DNA of 64,000 nucleotides from a virus (IMGVR_UViG_3300042691_019384:44652-108651), one strand, 5' to 3'; positions 22,253 to 33,324 are shown, counted from the stretch's first letter. Notes: generated by a model from the sequence alone, not told the origin. Numbers and translations: made by a program.

Positions 22253-23512
22253 ATGAAAATTAGATTTAGTTATATAATATTATTTTTTGCGTTAGTTGTT
22301 GCAGCTTGTGCAGCATATTTTTCTGTTTTTGGATTAAGTCAGTTGTTTGCTGGTGCCAGTGTTGCTGTTATTATAATGGCCAGTGTATTAGAAATAAGTA
22401 AAATTATTGCTACAACAGCATTACATAATTATTGGGATAAAATAGCCAATGGATTAAAAATTTATTTAACGATAAGTATATTAGTTTTAATGGCTATAAC
22501 TTCAATAGGTATTTATGGGTTTTTATCAAACGCTTATCAAAAAACAGCTAACAAACTTGAAATACATCAAGGAGAAATAAATGTTTTGGATAGTAAAAAA
22601 GCTATTATTGAAAAAAGTGTTGATGATAATCAAAAAATTATTGAAAGTAAAAATAAAAGAATTGAACAATTATCAGCATTAAGGTCAACTCAAGAAAATA
22701 GATTAGATAACGCTAAAAATAATTTAGGTAGAAATAACGCTAGAAATGATATTAAATCATCAAATGATGAAATACAGAGATTAAATAATGAGATAGATGA
22801 ATTAAATAAAAAAAATAATGTTTTATCTGATTCAATAAATACTTTTACAATTAAAGCATTGGAACTAAATGCTAATAGTGAAATAGCTGGTGAAATAGGT
22901 CCATTAAAATATTTATCTGAATTAACTAATCAAGAAATGTCAAAAATAGTTAATATATTGATATTACTATTTATTTTCGTTTTTGACCCTCTGGCTGTTG
23001 CTTTAATATTAATTGCTAACAAAGTATTACAAATAGAAAGAAATGAGCATACAGAACCTAAAAACAAGCAAGAAAAAAAAGTTAATAAACTATTTAATAA
23101 AGCTAATTTATTAGATAGTATAACTAAAGTTATCAATAGTAAAAAAAACAATGAAAAAGAAGTAATTGTTGAACCTATTGTAGAAAAAACTATAGAGGAA
23201 AATGCAACAAAAATAGAAGAAGATGAATATGTAGAACAAAATGAACAAATAGAAGAGCAAATAGAAGAACAAATAGAAGAGCAAATAGAAGAAAATAAAA
23301 ATGAAGAAAAAATAAAAGAAGAAGAGGTTAAAGACCAACCAAAAAAGAATAAAATAACTTTAGAAGATATTAAAGAAATAAAAGAGCAAAACAGAGGTTA
23401 TTCAGTTAATGTACCTATGCCAAAAGGAAATAACATGATTGAATCAATAGGCGCAAATAAAATAATTAGAGATGGTAATAAAGATAAAGTTATTTTTAAA
23501 CGATATAAATGA
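22253..23512 (+). CDS. membrane protein with coiled coil and an EEQI tandem repeat
   Basis: N-terminal TM helices, central coiled coil, a second TM segment, then tandem EQIEEQIEEQIEEQIEE. Confidence 0.45.
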   Translation: MKIRFSYIILFFALVVAACAAYFSVFGLSQLFAGASVAVIIMASVLEISKIIATTALHNYWDKIANGLKIYLTISILVLMAITSIGIYGFLSNAYQKTANKLEIHQGEINVLDSKKAIIEKSVDDNQKIIESKNKRIEQLSALRSTQENRLDNAKNNLGRNNARNDIKSSNDEIQRLNNEIDELNKKNNVLSDSINTFTIKALELNANSEIAGEIGPLKYLSELTNQEMSKIVNILILLFIFVFDPLAVALILIANKVLQIERNEHTEPKNKQEKKVNKLFNKANLLDSITKVINSKKNNEKEVIVEPIVEKTIEENATKIEEDEYVEQNEQIEEQIEEQIEEQIEENKNEEKIKEEEVKDQPKKNKITLEDIKEIKEQNRGYSVNVPMPKGNNMIESIGANKIIRDGNKDKVIFKRYK

Positions 23513-24120
23513 TAATAGATGACAAAACGTATAAATTAGATGTAAATAAATATGTCCCATTAGAAAGTGAAAAAAAACAAATTGTTTTAGGTAACACTTT
23601 TAATGATGGTATGAGACATGTTTTTGGTTGGGAAACACGTTATAATGGTAAATATAAAAAAACAGCTTCTTTTACCATAGATAAAAAGGGTAAAATTTAT
23701 CAACATTTTGACCCAAAGTATTATTCAAGATATTTTAATAATCCAGACCAAAACACTAAATCTGTCGTTATATTAATAGAAAATATTGGTTGGTTAACAA
23801 AAGATAATAAGAAAAATGAATACACAAATTGGTTTAATGAAAAATATTATGGTAAAATTGATGGTATAATGGAAAAAAAATGGAGAGATTATGTTTATTG
23901 GGCACCATACAATGATGAACAATTAGAATCCGCAATAAAATTAGTTAGAACATTATGTAGTGACTTAAATATACCTAAATTAGTTGTTGCTCATAACACT
24001 AAAATAGATGACTTATATGACTTTGAAGGTGTGTTATATAAAAGTAATATTGAAAAACATTTTACAGATTTAAACCCTAATTGGAAATTTGATATATTTA
24101 AAGATAAAATAGAACTATGA
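23509..24120 (+). CDS. hypothetical protein
   Basis: 203-aa ORF, start overlaps the upstream stop. Confidence 0.4.
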   Translation: MIIDDKTYKLDVNKYVPLESEKKQIVLGNTFNDGMRHVFGWETRYNGKYKKTASFTIDKKGKIYQHFDPKYYSRYFNNPDQNTKSVVILIENIGWLTKDNKKNEYTNWFNEKYYGKIDGIMEKKWRDYVYWAPYNDEQLESAIKLVRTLCSDLNIPKLVVAHNTKIDDLYDFEGVLYKSNIEKHFTDLNPNWKFDIFKDKIEL

Positions 24121-24593
24121 AAGAAATTATAAATGAACATGACATGACAAAAAAAATGATGAATGTCATAAGAAGTGGTTATAAAAAATTAATAAATGAG
24201 GTCGAAGAACCGATAACTGGTCCAGATATGAAACCAATACCTGACGACCAAAAAGATACTATAGCACCAAAAGAAGGTGACCCATTATTTAAAGAAGAGT
24301 TAACCAAACTACAAAACACTATTGACCCAAGAGTTAAAATAACTAATTTCAAAATTTATGTTAAAGATAATGATGTGTTATTAGAAGGGTCTTTTTTAAA
24401 TAAAAACTATGGTGAAAGTGGTATTAACTTTAAAATGTCTTTAGCTAGTGGTGAGATTGAAACAACAATGAAAAATGTTGAATTAACTAATGAAGTAAAT
24501 ACAATATTAACAAAATTAAAAGGCTATTATGATGTTTGGGCAAAAGAATGGTCTTTAAAATTAACAAATGAATACAATGTCAATAGGCAATAA
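24117..24593 (+). CDS. hypothetical protein
   Basis: 158-aa ORF. Confidence 0.35.
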   Translation: MKEIINEHDMTKKMMNVIRSGYKKLINEVEEPITGPDMKPIPDDQKDTIAPKEGDPLFKEELTKLQNTIDPRVKITNFKIYVKDNDVLLEGSFLNKNYGESGINFKMSLASGEIETTMKNVELTNEVNTILTKLKGYYDVWAKEWSLKLTNEYNVNRQ

Positions 24594-25143
24594 AATATTA
24601 ATAATATTAATTGGGTTGATAATGTTATTGTCAACATCTCTTTATTTTTTATATAATTTATATACTAATGAGAAAGAAGAGAGAAAAAGGTTTACAGAAA
24701 ATGTAAATAGTTTGATTTTAGATAAATCTAGACAACAAGAATATACAGTAAATGAATTAAAAGCTTTATATCCTAGATTAGATAGTCTTGCTGAAAAGAT
24801 AAACATTAAGACTAAGAATGTAACAAATATTGTTGAAACAACCTATAATTATAAAGATACTACGATTAAATCAACAACACTTAAAGTCGATACTTTAAGA
24901 AAAAGATTAACTTTCGATTTCAATCAAAAATGTTATGGTTTTTCTGGATTTATTAATAAAGATACAATATTTTTTGATAAAACCACTTTTAATGATACGT
25001 TAACAACATTTATATATAAAGATTGGGATAAAAAGTATTTCTTTAAACTTATTAAACTTAAACCACATTATAGGGCTGCTGTATATAGCCAATGTATAGG
25101 AGATACAATAACTGTAACAAATAACATAAAAATAAAAAAATAA
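24568..25143 (+). CDS. hypothetical protein with N-terminal TM segment
   Basis: 191-aa ORF; hydrophobic N-terminus ILIILIGLIMLLSTSLYFLY. Confidence 0.35.
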   Translation: MNTMSIGNKILIILIGLIMLLSTSLYFLYNLYTNEKEERKRFTENVNSLILDKSRQQEYTVNELKALYPRLDSLAEKINIKTKNVTNIVETTYNYKDTTIKSTTLKVDTLRKRLTFDFNQKCYGFSGFINKDTIFFDKTTFNDTLTTFIYKDWDKKYFFKLIKLKPHYRAAVYSQCIGDTITVTNNIKIKK

Positions 25144-25167
25144 ACCCATTTATATGGGTTTTTTTAT
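25142..25167 (+). terminator. rho-independent terminator
   Basis: AAACCCATTTATATGGGTTT hairpin followed by a T run. Confidence 0.7.
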
Positions 25168-25202
25168 TTATAAATTATATTTATTGTTAAGTTATTTTAA
25201 CA

Positions 25203-25454
25203 ATGGATAGAAATAAAATATTAATAAAAGAAGAGCTTAAAAAATCAGATGTAACAAAAGAGCTAAAAAACTTTATTGACTCAAAGTCATTTGAATCAAA
25301 AATAGAGAAAATAATTAAAGACCGTTACAAAAATGATAAAGAGCTTGAGGATAAAATTGTTGACATTACAAAAAATGTTTTAACACAATTATATAAAACA
25401 TTATGGATAAAAAGAGCAACTTGGATTAATAATTTAGACAATAAAACAAATTAA
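25203..25454 (+). CDS. small hypothetical protein
   Basis: 83-aa ORF. Confidence 0.3.
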   Translation: MDRNKILIKEELKKSDVTKELKNFIDSKSFESKIEKIIKDRYKNDKELEDKIVDITKNVLTQLYKTLWIKRATWINNLDNKTN

Positions 25455-25456
25455 AG

Positions 25457-27898
25457 ATGAAAAGAATAAAAATAACCAAAGAACAATATAATCTTATAAA
25501 AGAAAATTTGAATAAATCGCCTAAAGTAAAAGGTGGTGAAACAAGAGTTGATAAATTATTTAAAAAATATTTTAGTGAGGGTGAGATAGAACCTATAACG
25601 TATTCAAACACAATTAAACCAAAAAGAACAAATCCTAGTGTGTCAAATATAGATAAAGTCGGAAAACAAATAATGGAAAACGAGTCAAAGATTGATTACA
25701 AAAAATTGTCTGAAAATTTTCTTAATTATTTATATATTGATGAAATAAAAGAATTACAGAAAAATGGTAAAGCACAGCATATTAATGTTTCAGATATTGA
25801 GTTTCCTAGTATATTATCAGAAAAGAATTTAACTTTTGGTAGTGTTGTTAAATCTTTGGTTGAACAAAATGTTTTAGTATTTGATGTTGACGAAAATAAA
25901 TACATTGTCAATAGAATCCATTCTACTAAAGATGATGCGCTTAAAAGTCTTGAAAACGGTTTTAAAGTTATATTAGAACCAAACGAAAAAGAATTTCCGC
26001 AGCTTTGGTATAGACTAGTAAAGAGTGCCAAAAAATCACGAAATTTATATGAGAATGCTGACTTCATTATGGAGATACATGAAGATGGTAGTTGTAAATT
26101 GAAATATAAAGATGATGGCCAAGAAAAATTAATTGATGAAAATGTATTAAATGAGTTAAAAAAAATATATGAAAAAGATAAACATTTAATGTCTATAATA
26201 GAATCTGAGTTTAGTGATGTATGGCAAAAATTTAAAGGTGATTTACAAAAAGCTAGGGGAATAGATTCAAATAAGAAAAAAACTAATAGAGAAGAATTAT
26301 TAGCTAAGATAGCTGATATAAGAAAAAAAGAATTAGAAAAAAGAGAAAAAGAAGAAGAAGAAGAAGAAGAAGAAGAAGAAGATATAAATGAAATAACTAC
26401 TGCTGGTTCTTCTGGACAATACACTGGATTATTTAGCAAACCGATAACCAGACCAACAATAGCTGGTAAAATACCAGTAGTTTATGAAACAACACAAGGT
26501 ACTGATAGTGTTGGTCCATATGATACAAATGCTTTAATAGGGATTAACAGAGATGGCACTTTTAAACCAGTTAAAAAAACAAAAGCACAGAAAAAAACAC
26601 AATATCCTGATGGCGGATTTGTAGAATTCAATGATTGTGTTAAACTTAATAATAAACCAGCTGGTAGTGGTTGTAGTACTGGTGCTATTGATAATGTTGT
26701 TAAGATAAAGAAAACTAAAGGTAATATAATTTCACCATCTTTAAATGAGGCTTTAAAATTACAAATTAATAAAGAAAAAAATGAATTAATTGTAATATCT
26801 GATTTAGAAGGTAAAGCAGCTAGTCAAGAGACATTTACAAATAAAAATATTTTAAAACAAAATGGTTTTCAATGGAATGGTAGTAATTGGGTGATAAGTA
26901 AAGATAAAATGGATATTGCTAAAAAAACACTATCATTAGTAAATAAAGTTGAATATATTGTAGATAGTTTAGAAGAATTAGAAGAAGCGATTGATAATTC
27001 GGCTACTGATAAAAAATCATTATTAAAAAGCAAAATTGAAATGTATATTAATGATTTAGCTAACGCTACAGATGAAAAAGCTTTATCTGCTGAAATAAGA
27101 AGATATTTAACATTTTTTTCTAAATTTCATAATTATAGTTTCTATAATAGAATGTTAATTTTTATACAAAATCCAAATGCAACACGTGTAGCATCATATA
27201 AAAAATGGCAAGAAAAAAATAGACAAGTTAAAAAGGGTGCTAAAAGTATTTTTATTTTAGCACCAATAATAACAAAGACAAAAGATTCAGATGAAGAAAT
27301 TGGTGATGAATTGGGTTTCAAAAAAGATGTTAGCGGATTTAGAGCAGTACCTGTATTTGATATTGCCGATACTGAAGCCACAAGTCCAGAAGGTGAAATA
27401 CCAGAAACGCCACAATGGTGGGGAGATAACACACCATCAGAAACAGCTGATGAATTATTTGAATATGTTAAAGATATAGCTAATAATATGGGAATTAAAG
27501 TAACATCTTCAGATTCTAAAAGTGGTGAGAAAGGTTATTCGGCAGGTGACCATATTAATTTAACTTCTAGCGTAACTGGTGTTGCTAGATTATCAACAAT
27601 GATACATGAAATAGCACATGAATTAATGCATTGGAAAAAATCATCAATATATTATATTGATAATGGTGAAGGTAAAGAAAAAAATGAATTGGTTGAATTA
27701 CAAGCTGAAAGTGTATCTTATGTTGTATTAAAACATTATGATTTACCAGTTAAACATCATTCAACTTATTTGGCACTTTGGAAAGCTAATAAAGAAAAAA
27801 TTCAAAATAATTTAGAAATTATATCTAAAGTTTCTGAATTCATAATAAATATGATTGATAAAGAAGCTGAACAGGCTAAAAAAAATAAAATAAATTAA
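25457..27898 (+). CDS. ArdC-like anti-restriction protein (N-terminal extension, then ArdC-N ssDNA-binding domain and HExxH metalloprotease domain)
   Basis: YSFYNRMLIFIQNPNATRVASYKKWQEKNRQVKKGAKSIFILAPI resembles the ArdC-N/DUF1738 core; C-terminal MIHEIAHELMH zinc-protease motif; poly-Glu run at 26341-26380. Confidence 0.55.
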   Translation: MKRIKITKEQYNLIKENLNKSPKVKGGETRVDKLFKKYFSEGEIEPITYSNTIKPKRTNPSVSNIDKVGKQIMENESKIDYKKLSENFLNYLYIDEIKELQKNGKAQHINVSDIEFPSILSEKNLTFGSVVKSLVEQNVLVFDVDENKYIVNRIHSTKDDALKSLENGFKVILEPNEKEFPQLWYRLVKSAKKSRNLYENADFIMEIHEDGSCKLKYKDDGQEKLIDENVLNELKKIYEKDKHLMSIIESEFSDVWQKFKGDLQKARGIDSNKKKTNREELLAKIADIRKKELEKREKEEEEEEEEEEDINEITTAGSSGQYTGLFSKPITRPTIAGKIPVVYETTQGTDSVGPYDTNALIGINRDGTFKPVKKTKAQKKTQYPDGGFVEFNDCVKLNNKPAGSGCSTGAIDNVVKIKKTKGNIISPSLNEALKLQINKEKNELIVISDLEGKAASQETFTNKNILKQNGFQWNGSNWVISKDKMDIAKKTLSLVNKVEYIVDSLEELEEAIDNSATDKKSLLKSKIEMYINDLANATDEKALSAEIRRYLTFFSKFHNYSFYNRMLIFIQNPNATRVASYKKWQEKNRQVKKGAKSIFILAPIITKTKDSDEEIGDELGFKKDVSGFRAVPVFDIADTEATSPEGEIPETPQWWGDNTPSETADELFEYVKDIANNMGIKVTSSDSKSGEKGYSAGDHINLTSSVTGVARLSTMIHEIAHELMHWKKSSIYYIDNGEGKEKNELVELQAESVSYVVLKHYDLPVKHHSTYLALWKANKEKIQNNLEIISKVSEFIINMIDKEAEQAKKNKIN

Positions 27899-27937
27899 CT
27901 TTATTTAAATTATACAATATTTATTAATAAAAAAAGT

Positions 27938-30049
27938 ATGGGTAATAAAAACAAAATACAACAAAAATTACATAGTTTATTCATATCTGAAGATGCCACA
28001 CCAGCCATTTCTATGAATAATTCTATAAGAAATCAAAATAATAAGATAAATAAAAAAGGGTTATCTGATACTAGTAAAGAATTAACTAACTATGAAAAAG
28101 GTTTAGGTAAAGAAGAAGCTGGTGGTGATAAAATACCTGTAAATAAATTTAATTACACAAATGAAGATGAAGTTGAATACCATAATGAAATTGAAATAAG
28201 AAATGGTATGGAGATGTTAGAATATGATAGAGAACCAAGCGAAGGATTTAAAAAAAGAAATAAAGAAGCAATCGAAGGTTCTACTAGAATGGGTAACAAA
28301 GGTGGTAAAGAAGTAGGTAATGCTCAAGAAACATTTGGTGCATCTTCAGATGATTTTGGTAAAAATTTTAATAGAATATCAAAATCATCTTTTGATAAAA
28401 GAATAAAAGCTGAAAAAGGTATTTATAGTTTTGGTGACGATGTTGAAAGTACAACAGAATCTAATAAAGGTAATAAAACTATTGTTAAACATTCAATGTT
28501 TGAAAATAAAGAGAATAATAATAAATTAACAGAAAACAATAAAATGAAAAGACTTAAGTTTAAAAAAGAATTTAATGGTTTAGGTAATGCTTTAAAATTA
28601 ATACCAGAATCATATAAAACTAATAATAAAGTATTTGAAATGACTGATGGTAATGAAAGTTACAGAATCAGATGGGAAGGTTCAAATAATGGTAAACCAG
28701 TTGTATTAGTAGCTTCAGATAAAAATTTAGTTAATGAAGATATCACAAGAATGAAACAACTTTTTGGTTATAAATCACAAGATACTTTAGGTATTGTTAA
28801 AGGTAATGAAAGAATTAATGAGAATAAAGTATTTGGTAGTATTTTAGATAAAACAAAAAAACTATTAAGTGAAGGTTCTGATATGGAAGGTGTTAAAGCA
28901 ACAGAAGGTAATTGGGATGAAGTTACTAAAAAAGCACCTGAAGCAACAAAACACATTCATGGTTCTGTTAGCAAAGACACCCCAATAGCAAAGGCAACAG
29001 CTGGTAATCCAGATAAAGCTAAAAAACAAGCACCTGAAGCTAAAAAACCACTTAAAAGTTCTTCTGGTAAAAATATAGAATCACAAGCTGACTATAATGA
29101 AGGTAATTTTGACGAAGTTACTAAAAAAGCACCTGAAGCAACAAAACATATTAACTCAGGTAAAACAAAAATGTCTGCTGTTAAAAAAGAAACAACAGAG
29201 ATGCCAAAGAATAAAGTAAAACAAGCACCTGAAGCTAAAAAACATATTAAAGAATCTGATTATATGTCAACAGAAGGTCGTATGAATCTTGATGAACTTG
29301 ATTATATGGATGAAAACATGTACGAAGGTATGTACGAAGATATGCACGAAGATATGTACGAAGGTATGTATGAAGGTATGGATGAAGGTATATACGAAGA
29401 TATGGACGGTGATATTGATGAAAACATATATGAAATTGAAGTTAGTGAGAGTAATTACCCTCCAGGCGCTGAGTATGACCCTAGAGCACCTTGGAACCAA
29501 GACGAAGATGAAGATGAAGATGACGAATGGTGGAATGCTATGACAAGAGGTGATGAAAAAAGAAAAGCGGATTTAGAAGACAGAGAAGATGAAGAAGATG
29601 TAGAAGATGTAGAAGATAATTATAGCTATTCTGACGAAGAGAACAGATTTTACCGTGAAGAGGATTTAGATGACATTGTTTATGAAGTAACATTAGATGA
29701 TGAAGAAGAAGATGAAGAAGAAGATGAAACTGATACTGAAGAGGAAACAGAAGATGAGGAATTAGAAATAGAAGATAAACCAGAAATAGAAGATGATTCT
29801 ATGATAGAATTAGAACCATCTGATGTTGATTTAAACAAAGAAAAATCACCAGAAAATTTTATAGGTGATTCTAATAAGGCGATGTTATTAAGAAACGCTG
29901 ACAATCCTAGTGAATATATCGTAAAAAAAGGAAATACGATGTATTCAGTACCTAGCCAGTTTTTAGACAGGTATGCTACTTCTAAAAATAGGGCTGAAAG
30001 AATATTTACAGCGATTGAAGATTCGCAAGAAGATTCAGGATTAGATTAA
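27938..30049 (+). CDS. highly acidic repeat protein (candidate DNA mimic)
   Basis: 703 aa; three to four copies of a KKAPEATKHI-like repeat; (Y/H)E(D/G)M repeats; long Asp/Glu runs (DEDEDEDDEWW, EEEDEEEDETDTEEETEDEE). Confidence 0.5.
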   Translation: MGNKNKIQQKLHSLFISEDATPAISMNNSIRNQNNKINKKGLSDTSKELTNYEKGLGKEEAGGDKIPVNKFNYTNEDEVEYHNEIEIRNGMEMLEYDREPSEGFKKRNKEAIEGSTRMGNKGGKEVGNAQETFGASSDDFGKNFNRISKSSFDKRIKAEKGIYSFGDDVESTTESNKGNKTIVKHSMFENKENNNKLTENNKMKRLKFKKEFNGLGNALKLIPESYKTNNKVFEMTDGNESYRIRWEGSNNGKPVVLVASDKNLVNEDITRMKQLFGYKSQDTLGIVKGNERINENKVFGSILDKTKKLLSEGSDMEGVKATEGNWDEVTKKAPEATKHIHGSVSKDTPIAKATAGNPDKAKKQAPEAKKPLKSSSGKNIESQADYNEGNFDEVTKKAPEATKHINSGKTKMSAVKKETTEMPKNKVKQAPEAKKHIKESDYMSTEGRMNLDELDYMDENMYEGMYEDMHEDMYEGMYEGMDEGIYEDMDGDIDENIYEIEVSESNYPPGAEYDPRAPWNQDEDEDEDDEWWNAMTRGDEKRKADLEDREDEEDVEDVEDNYSYSDEENRFYREEDLDDIVYEVTLDDEEEDEEEDETDTEEETEDEELEIEDKPEIEDDSMIELEPSDVDLNKEKSPENFIGDSNKAMLLRNADNPSEYIVKKGNTMYSVPSQFLDRYATSKNRAERIFTAIEDSQEDSGLD

Positions 30050-30051
30050 TT

Positions 30052-30082
30052 AAAAAAACCCCTACAAATGTAGGGGTTTTTT
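30052..30082 (+). terminator. rho-independent terminator
   Basis: CCCCTACAAATGTAGGGG hairpin plus TTTTTT. Confidence 0.75.
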
Positions 30083-30135
30083 GTTTGTTTTAACTATTTA
30101 TTAATAAATAATTTTATTTAAATTATATATTAATA

Positions 30136-30552
30136 ATGGGAACAAACAATAATAACATAAATGTCACATATATAGCAAATAATATAAAATTTGAAAGATG
30201 TGAATTATATAGTGATTTTGTACAATCATTATTAATGTTAATATATGACACTTATTTAGGTGATGATATAACAAATAAAAAACAACAGAAAAAACATTAT
30301 GATTGGTGTTGGGATAAAAACGTAGATAATTTTTTAAAAGAAGGTTTTCATTTAACAAATGAAAAATCAAAGGAATATTTTTTTCAGTTTCTAAATGAAA
30401 CTTTTTATAATAACACTAATAAAGATAGTGATTATACCGATAAAAAAAGTTTAAAGTTTTGGTTAGATGTTTTTGATTATGTTAAACCAAAAACTAAATC
30501 TGAATTAGATGTCTTAATTGAAATATATAAGATATTAGAAAAAAAAGATTAA
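30136..30552 (+). CDS. hypothetical protein
   Basis: 138-aa ORF. Confidence 0.35.
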   Translation: MGTNNNNINVTYIANNIKFERCELYSDFVQSLLMLIYDTYLGDDITNKKQQKKHYDWCWDKNVDNFLKEGFHLTNEKSKEYFFQFLNETFYNNTNKDSDYTDKKSLKFWLDVFDYVKPKTKSELDVLIEIYKILEKKD

Positions 30553-31243
30553 AAAAGTATTGATATACTGAATTAAAGTTAGTATATTTGTTATATGGAT
30601 TATAATAGGGTATTTCAAATCTTAACTATGGAATTAACTTCTGATATATTGAAGTCAGAAGACGAATTAGAGAGGTTAATGAATTCAAATATTGACATTA
30701 ATGAAAAAATAAGTAAAATTAAAGAACAATTAAGCAAAATAAACACGTTAGAACATAATTTAAACAAATTAACAAATATGTTAAAACGTGACGAAAATAA
30801 TAACAATAATAACAATAATTAAATTAAAATTTATGGAAACATTTCTAGAACTAAAAAACTTAATCCTATCATTAGAAAATGATGCAAACAAATTCTTTGA
30901 AAAAGAAAACAAATCTGCTGGTACCAGACTTAGAAAAGGTATGCAAGAAGTTAAAGCATTAGCACAAACTTTAAGGGTTAATGTATCTGACGCAAAGAAA
31001 AATAACTAATACTATCATATTTTTATATCATGGATAAAATATTAATGATTTTGTTTTTCTTATCAATATTGAATATTGTAAGACATGGTTATTTTTTGTT
31101 TCAAACAATTATAGTCAATAGTAATAATACAGATGAACAAATAGAACCAGTTAAATATAAATTAAGTGAAAAATCATTAATTTTATTAGGATTATCAATA
31201 TCATATGTATTAACTGTTTTAATCACGCTTTTTTAAATTTAAT

Positions 31244-31846
31244 ATGGCTAACATCCAAAAAACATTAGAATCATTACAACCTTATGTTATAGGTATTAGA
31301 TACTTAGATGGTAAACCGCTTATAGATGTTGTATTTAAAAATGATTGGGTTGTTACAAACGACCCAAAAATTAAAAAAGTAAAAGGTAATGATGAAGTCA
31401 ACTATTTTATGTTTTATAGCGAAACAAATGAAATAGGTATTGATGAATTATTAGAGAATGTTAGAAAAATAATTAATTTAAACATTGAACATGAAAAGAA
31501 ACAAGAATTGTTAAAAGTAAAGTTTAATGAGTTAAAAAAATTATTTAAAGAAAATTCATTAGAGAAATTAAAAGAGTTAAAATTTGTTTTTAATTCTCAT
31601 GATGATGACTTTCTACCAATGATTGATAATACATCAATAAATGAAGAAACACCAGAACCTATTACAAATGATACTTATTACGAAGAAACCATTAATGAAG
31701 AATCTACAAATGTTATAAATGAAATACCATATTTAGATGAACATGGTAATCCTCTTCAATTAAGTGAAGAAGAACTTGAAATGATAGAGGAAGAAAAAAG
31801 AGCTGAAATAAACAGAAAAATGTTGAAGAATAAAAAAACCACATAA
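31244..31846 (+). CDS. hypothetical acidic protein
   Basis: 200-aa ORF followed by a terminator. Confidence 0.4.
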   Translation: MANIQKTLESLQPYVIGIRYLDGKPLIDVVFKNDWVVTNDPKIKKVKGNDEVNYFMFYSETNEIGIDELLENVRKIINLNIEHEKKQELLKVKFNELKKLFKENSLEKLKELKFVFNSHDDDFLPMIDNTSINEETPEPITNDTYYEETINEESTNVINEIPYLDEHGNPLQLSEEELEMIEEEKRAEINRKMLKNKKTT

Positions 31847-31863
31847 TTAATGTGGTTTTTTTA
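31833..31863. terminator. bidirectional rho-independent terminator between convergent genes
   Basis: AACCACATAATTAATGTGGTT hairpin with an A run upstream and a T run downstream. Confidence 0.65.
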
Positions 31864-31865
31864 TT

Positions 31866-32192
31866 TTATTTTTTGTGGTGTCTTTCAAACGCTTCTTCAA
31901 AATTATGAATTAACCAAACACAACCGCTAGTAAAACAACCATCTAAGAAAATCTTTAGATACAAAATATCAACACCATATGTTGTAAATGGTGTTTCATA
32001 ATTTAAATAAGAAAAAAAATAAGATAGAATAAAACCAACCCATGTCGAAAGACACATAGGACAAGTGAATAACTTACCAAAAAAATTAGGGCTATATTTT
32101 AAGCAAAAATTTCTCCAACCAGAGAAAATACTACCAAATAATAAAATATTTGTTATACCATAAGAAAGTAAAATAAATAATAATGTGTTCAT
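31866..32192 (-). CDS. small multi-pass membrane protein
   Basis: 108 aa on the minus strand, three or four hydrophobic helices, CPMC motif. Confidence 0.4.
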   Translation of the reverse strand: MNTLLFILLSYGITNILLFGSIFSGWRNFCLKYSPNFFGKLFTCPMCLSTWVGFILSYFFSYLNYETPFTTYGVDILYLKIFLDGCFTSGCVWLIHNFEEAFERHHKK

Positions 32193-32274
32193 AATCTTTG
32201 TTAACTATATATAAATTATATTTTTTTTAGTATATTTGTAAATATTTATTTAAATAAATAAATAAATAAATCAT

Positions 32275-32808
32275 ATGGACAACAAAATTATAATAACTAA
32301 ACTATTAAAAGAAGAAATAAATAAAATAGTTAATTGCTCAAGCTGTGGTTGGTCTTGGAATACAGTAGACTCTGATGAACATGATAAATATGTTTGCCAT
32401 AAATGTGGTCATGATAATTCTAATAATTATTCAACAAAACCAAATGTTGCCGCTGGAGTACTTATTAAATGTTTATCAACTGATAGAATATTCTTATTAT
32501 TAAGAAATGATAAAAAACCAACTTGGTCATGTGTTGCTGGACATATAGAAAAAAATGAAGATATTTTAGAAGGGTTAAAGAGAGAAATAAAAGAAGAAAT
32601 CTCAATAAACCCTGATATAATTGATTTTAAAAAAATAAATGTGGTTAAAAATGATGATGGGGTTACATTTCATTATTATGAAGGTTTTACTGAAGATGAA
32701 TTTAAAGCTAAATTAGATGATGAAAATCTAAAATGTGGATGGTTCTCAAAAAAAAGAATACCGTTACCTTTATACCGTGATATGAAAGAAAAAATAATTA
32801 AAATATGA
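32275..32808 (+). CDS. Nudix hydrolase with N-terminal zinc ribbon
   Basis: Nudix box GHIEKNEDILEGLKREIKEEISI (Gx5Ex7REUxEExGU); N-terminal CSSCGW...CHKCGH. Confidence 0.65.
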   Translation: MDNKIIITKLLKEEINKIVNCSSCGWSWNTVDSDEHDKYVCHKCGHDNSNNYSTKPNVAAGVLIKCLSTDRIFLLLRNDKKPTWSCVAGHIEKNEDILEGLKREIKEEISINPDIIDFKKINVVKNDDGVTFHYYEGFTEDEFKAKLDDENLKCGWFSKKRIPLPLYRDMKEKIIKI

Positions 32809-33324
32809 ATAATAAAGACTTATTAGTAAGAGAGCTTAAAAAACTTGAAAAAGAAGCAAAAAATGACGAGTATTTGACTTCTTTAAAAAAACAACAATTC
32901 ATTAACGAATTAAAAAATGGTTTAGGTGATGAAATGAAAAAAAATTTAACAACCATAAAAATAATAAAAAAACCATGGTACGTTAAATTAAAAGAATCAA
33001 TTAAAAATTTTTTCAAAACAATTTAATCATGACTTACGAAAAACTAATAGAAACAATATCAGCTATTATCCAAGAACCTAATATCTATAAAAATGGGTTA
33101 ACTTTAACTTATAGCCTTACAAATCAAGAACATACAGCGTTAAACGAAGAATTATTCAGACAAACTAATCAATATTCTAAGACATTCACACCAAATGATG
33201 AGTTTGAGGTAGAGATTGATGGGATATTAGTTAAATTTGTTAAATTACCTTAATTTTTTTTAAAAAAAATTTGTTTTTTAGGTTTAAAATGTAGTATCTT
33301 TGTATAAAGATTTAAAAACGACTT

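Noticed and set aside
25726-26439. 237-aa minus-strand ORF with a poly-Ser run
   Set aside because: Lies antisense to the ArdC-like gene. The Ser run is just the reverse complement of the GAA (poly-Glu) repeat at 26341-26380, so this is an antisense frame artefact.
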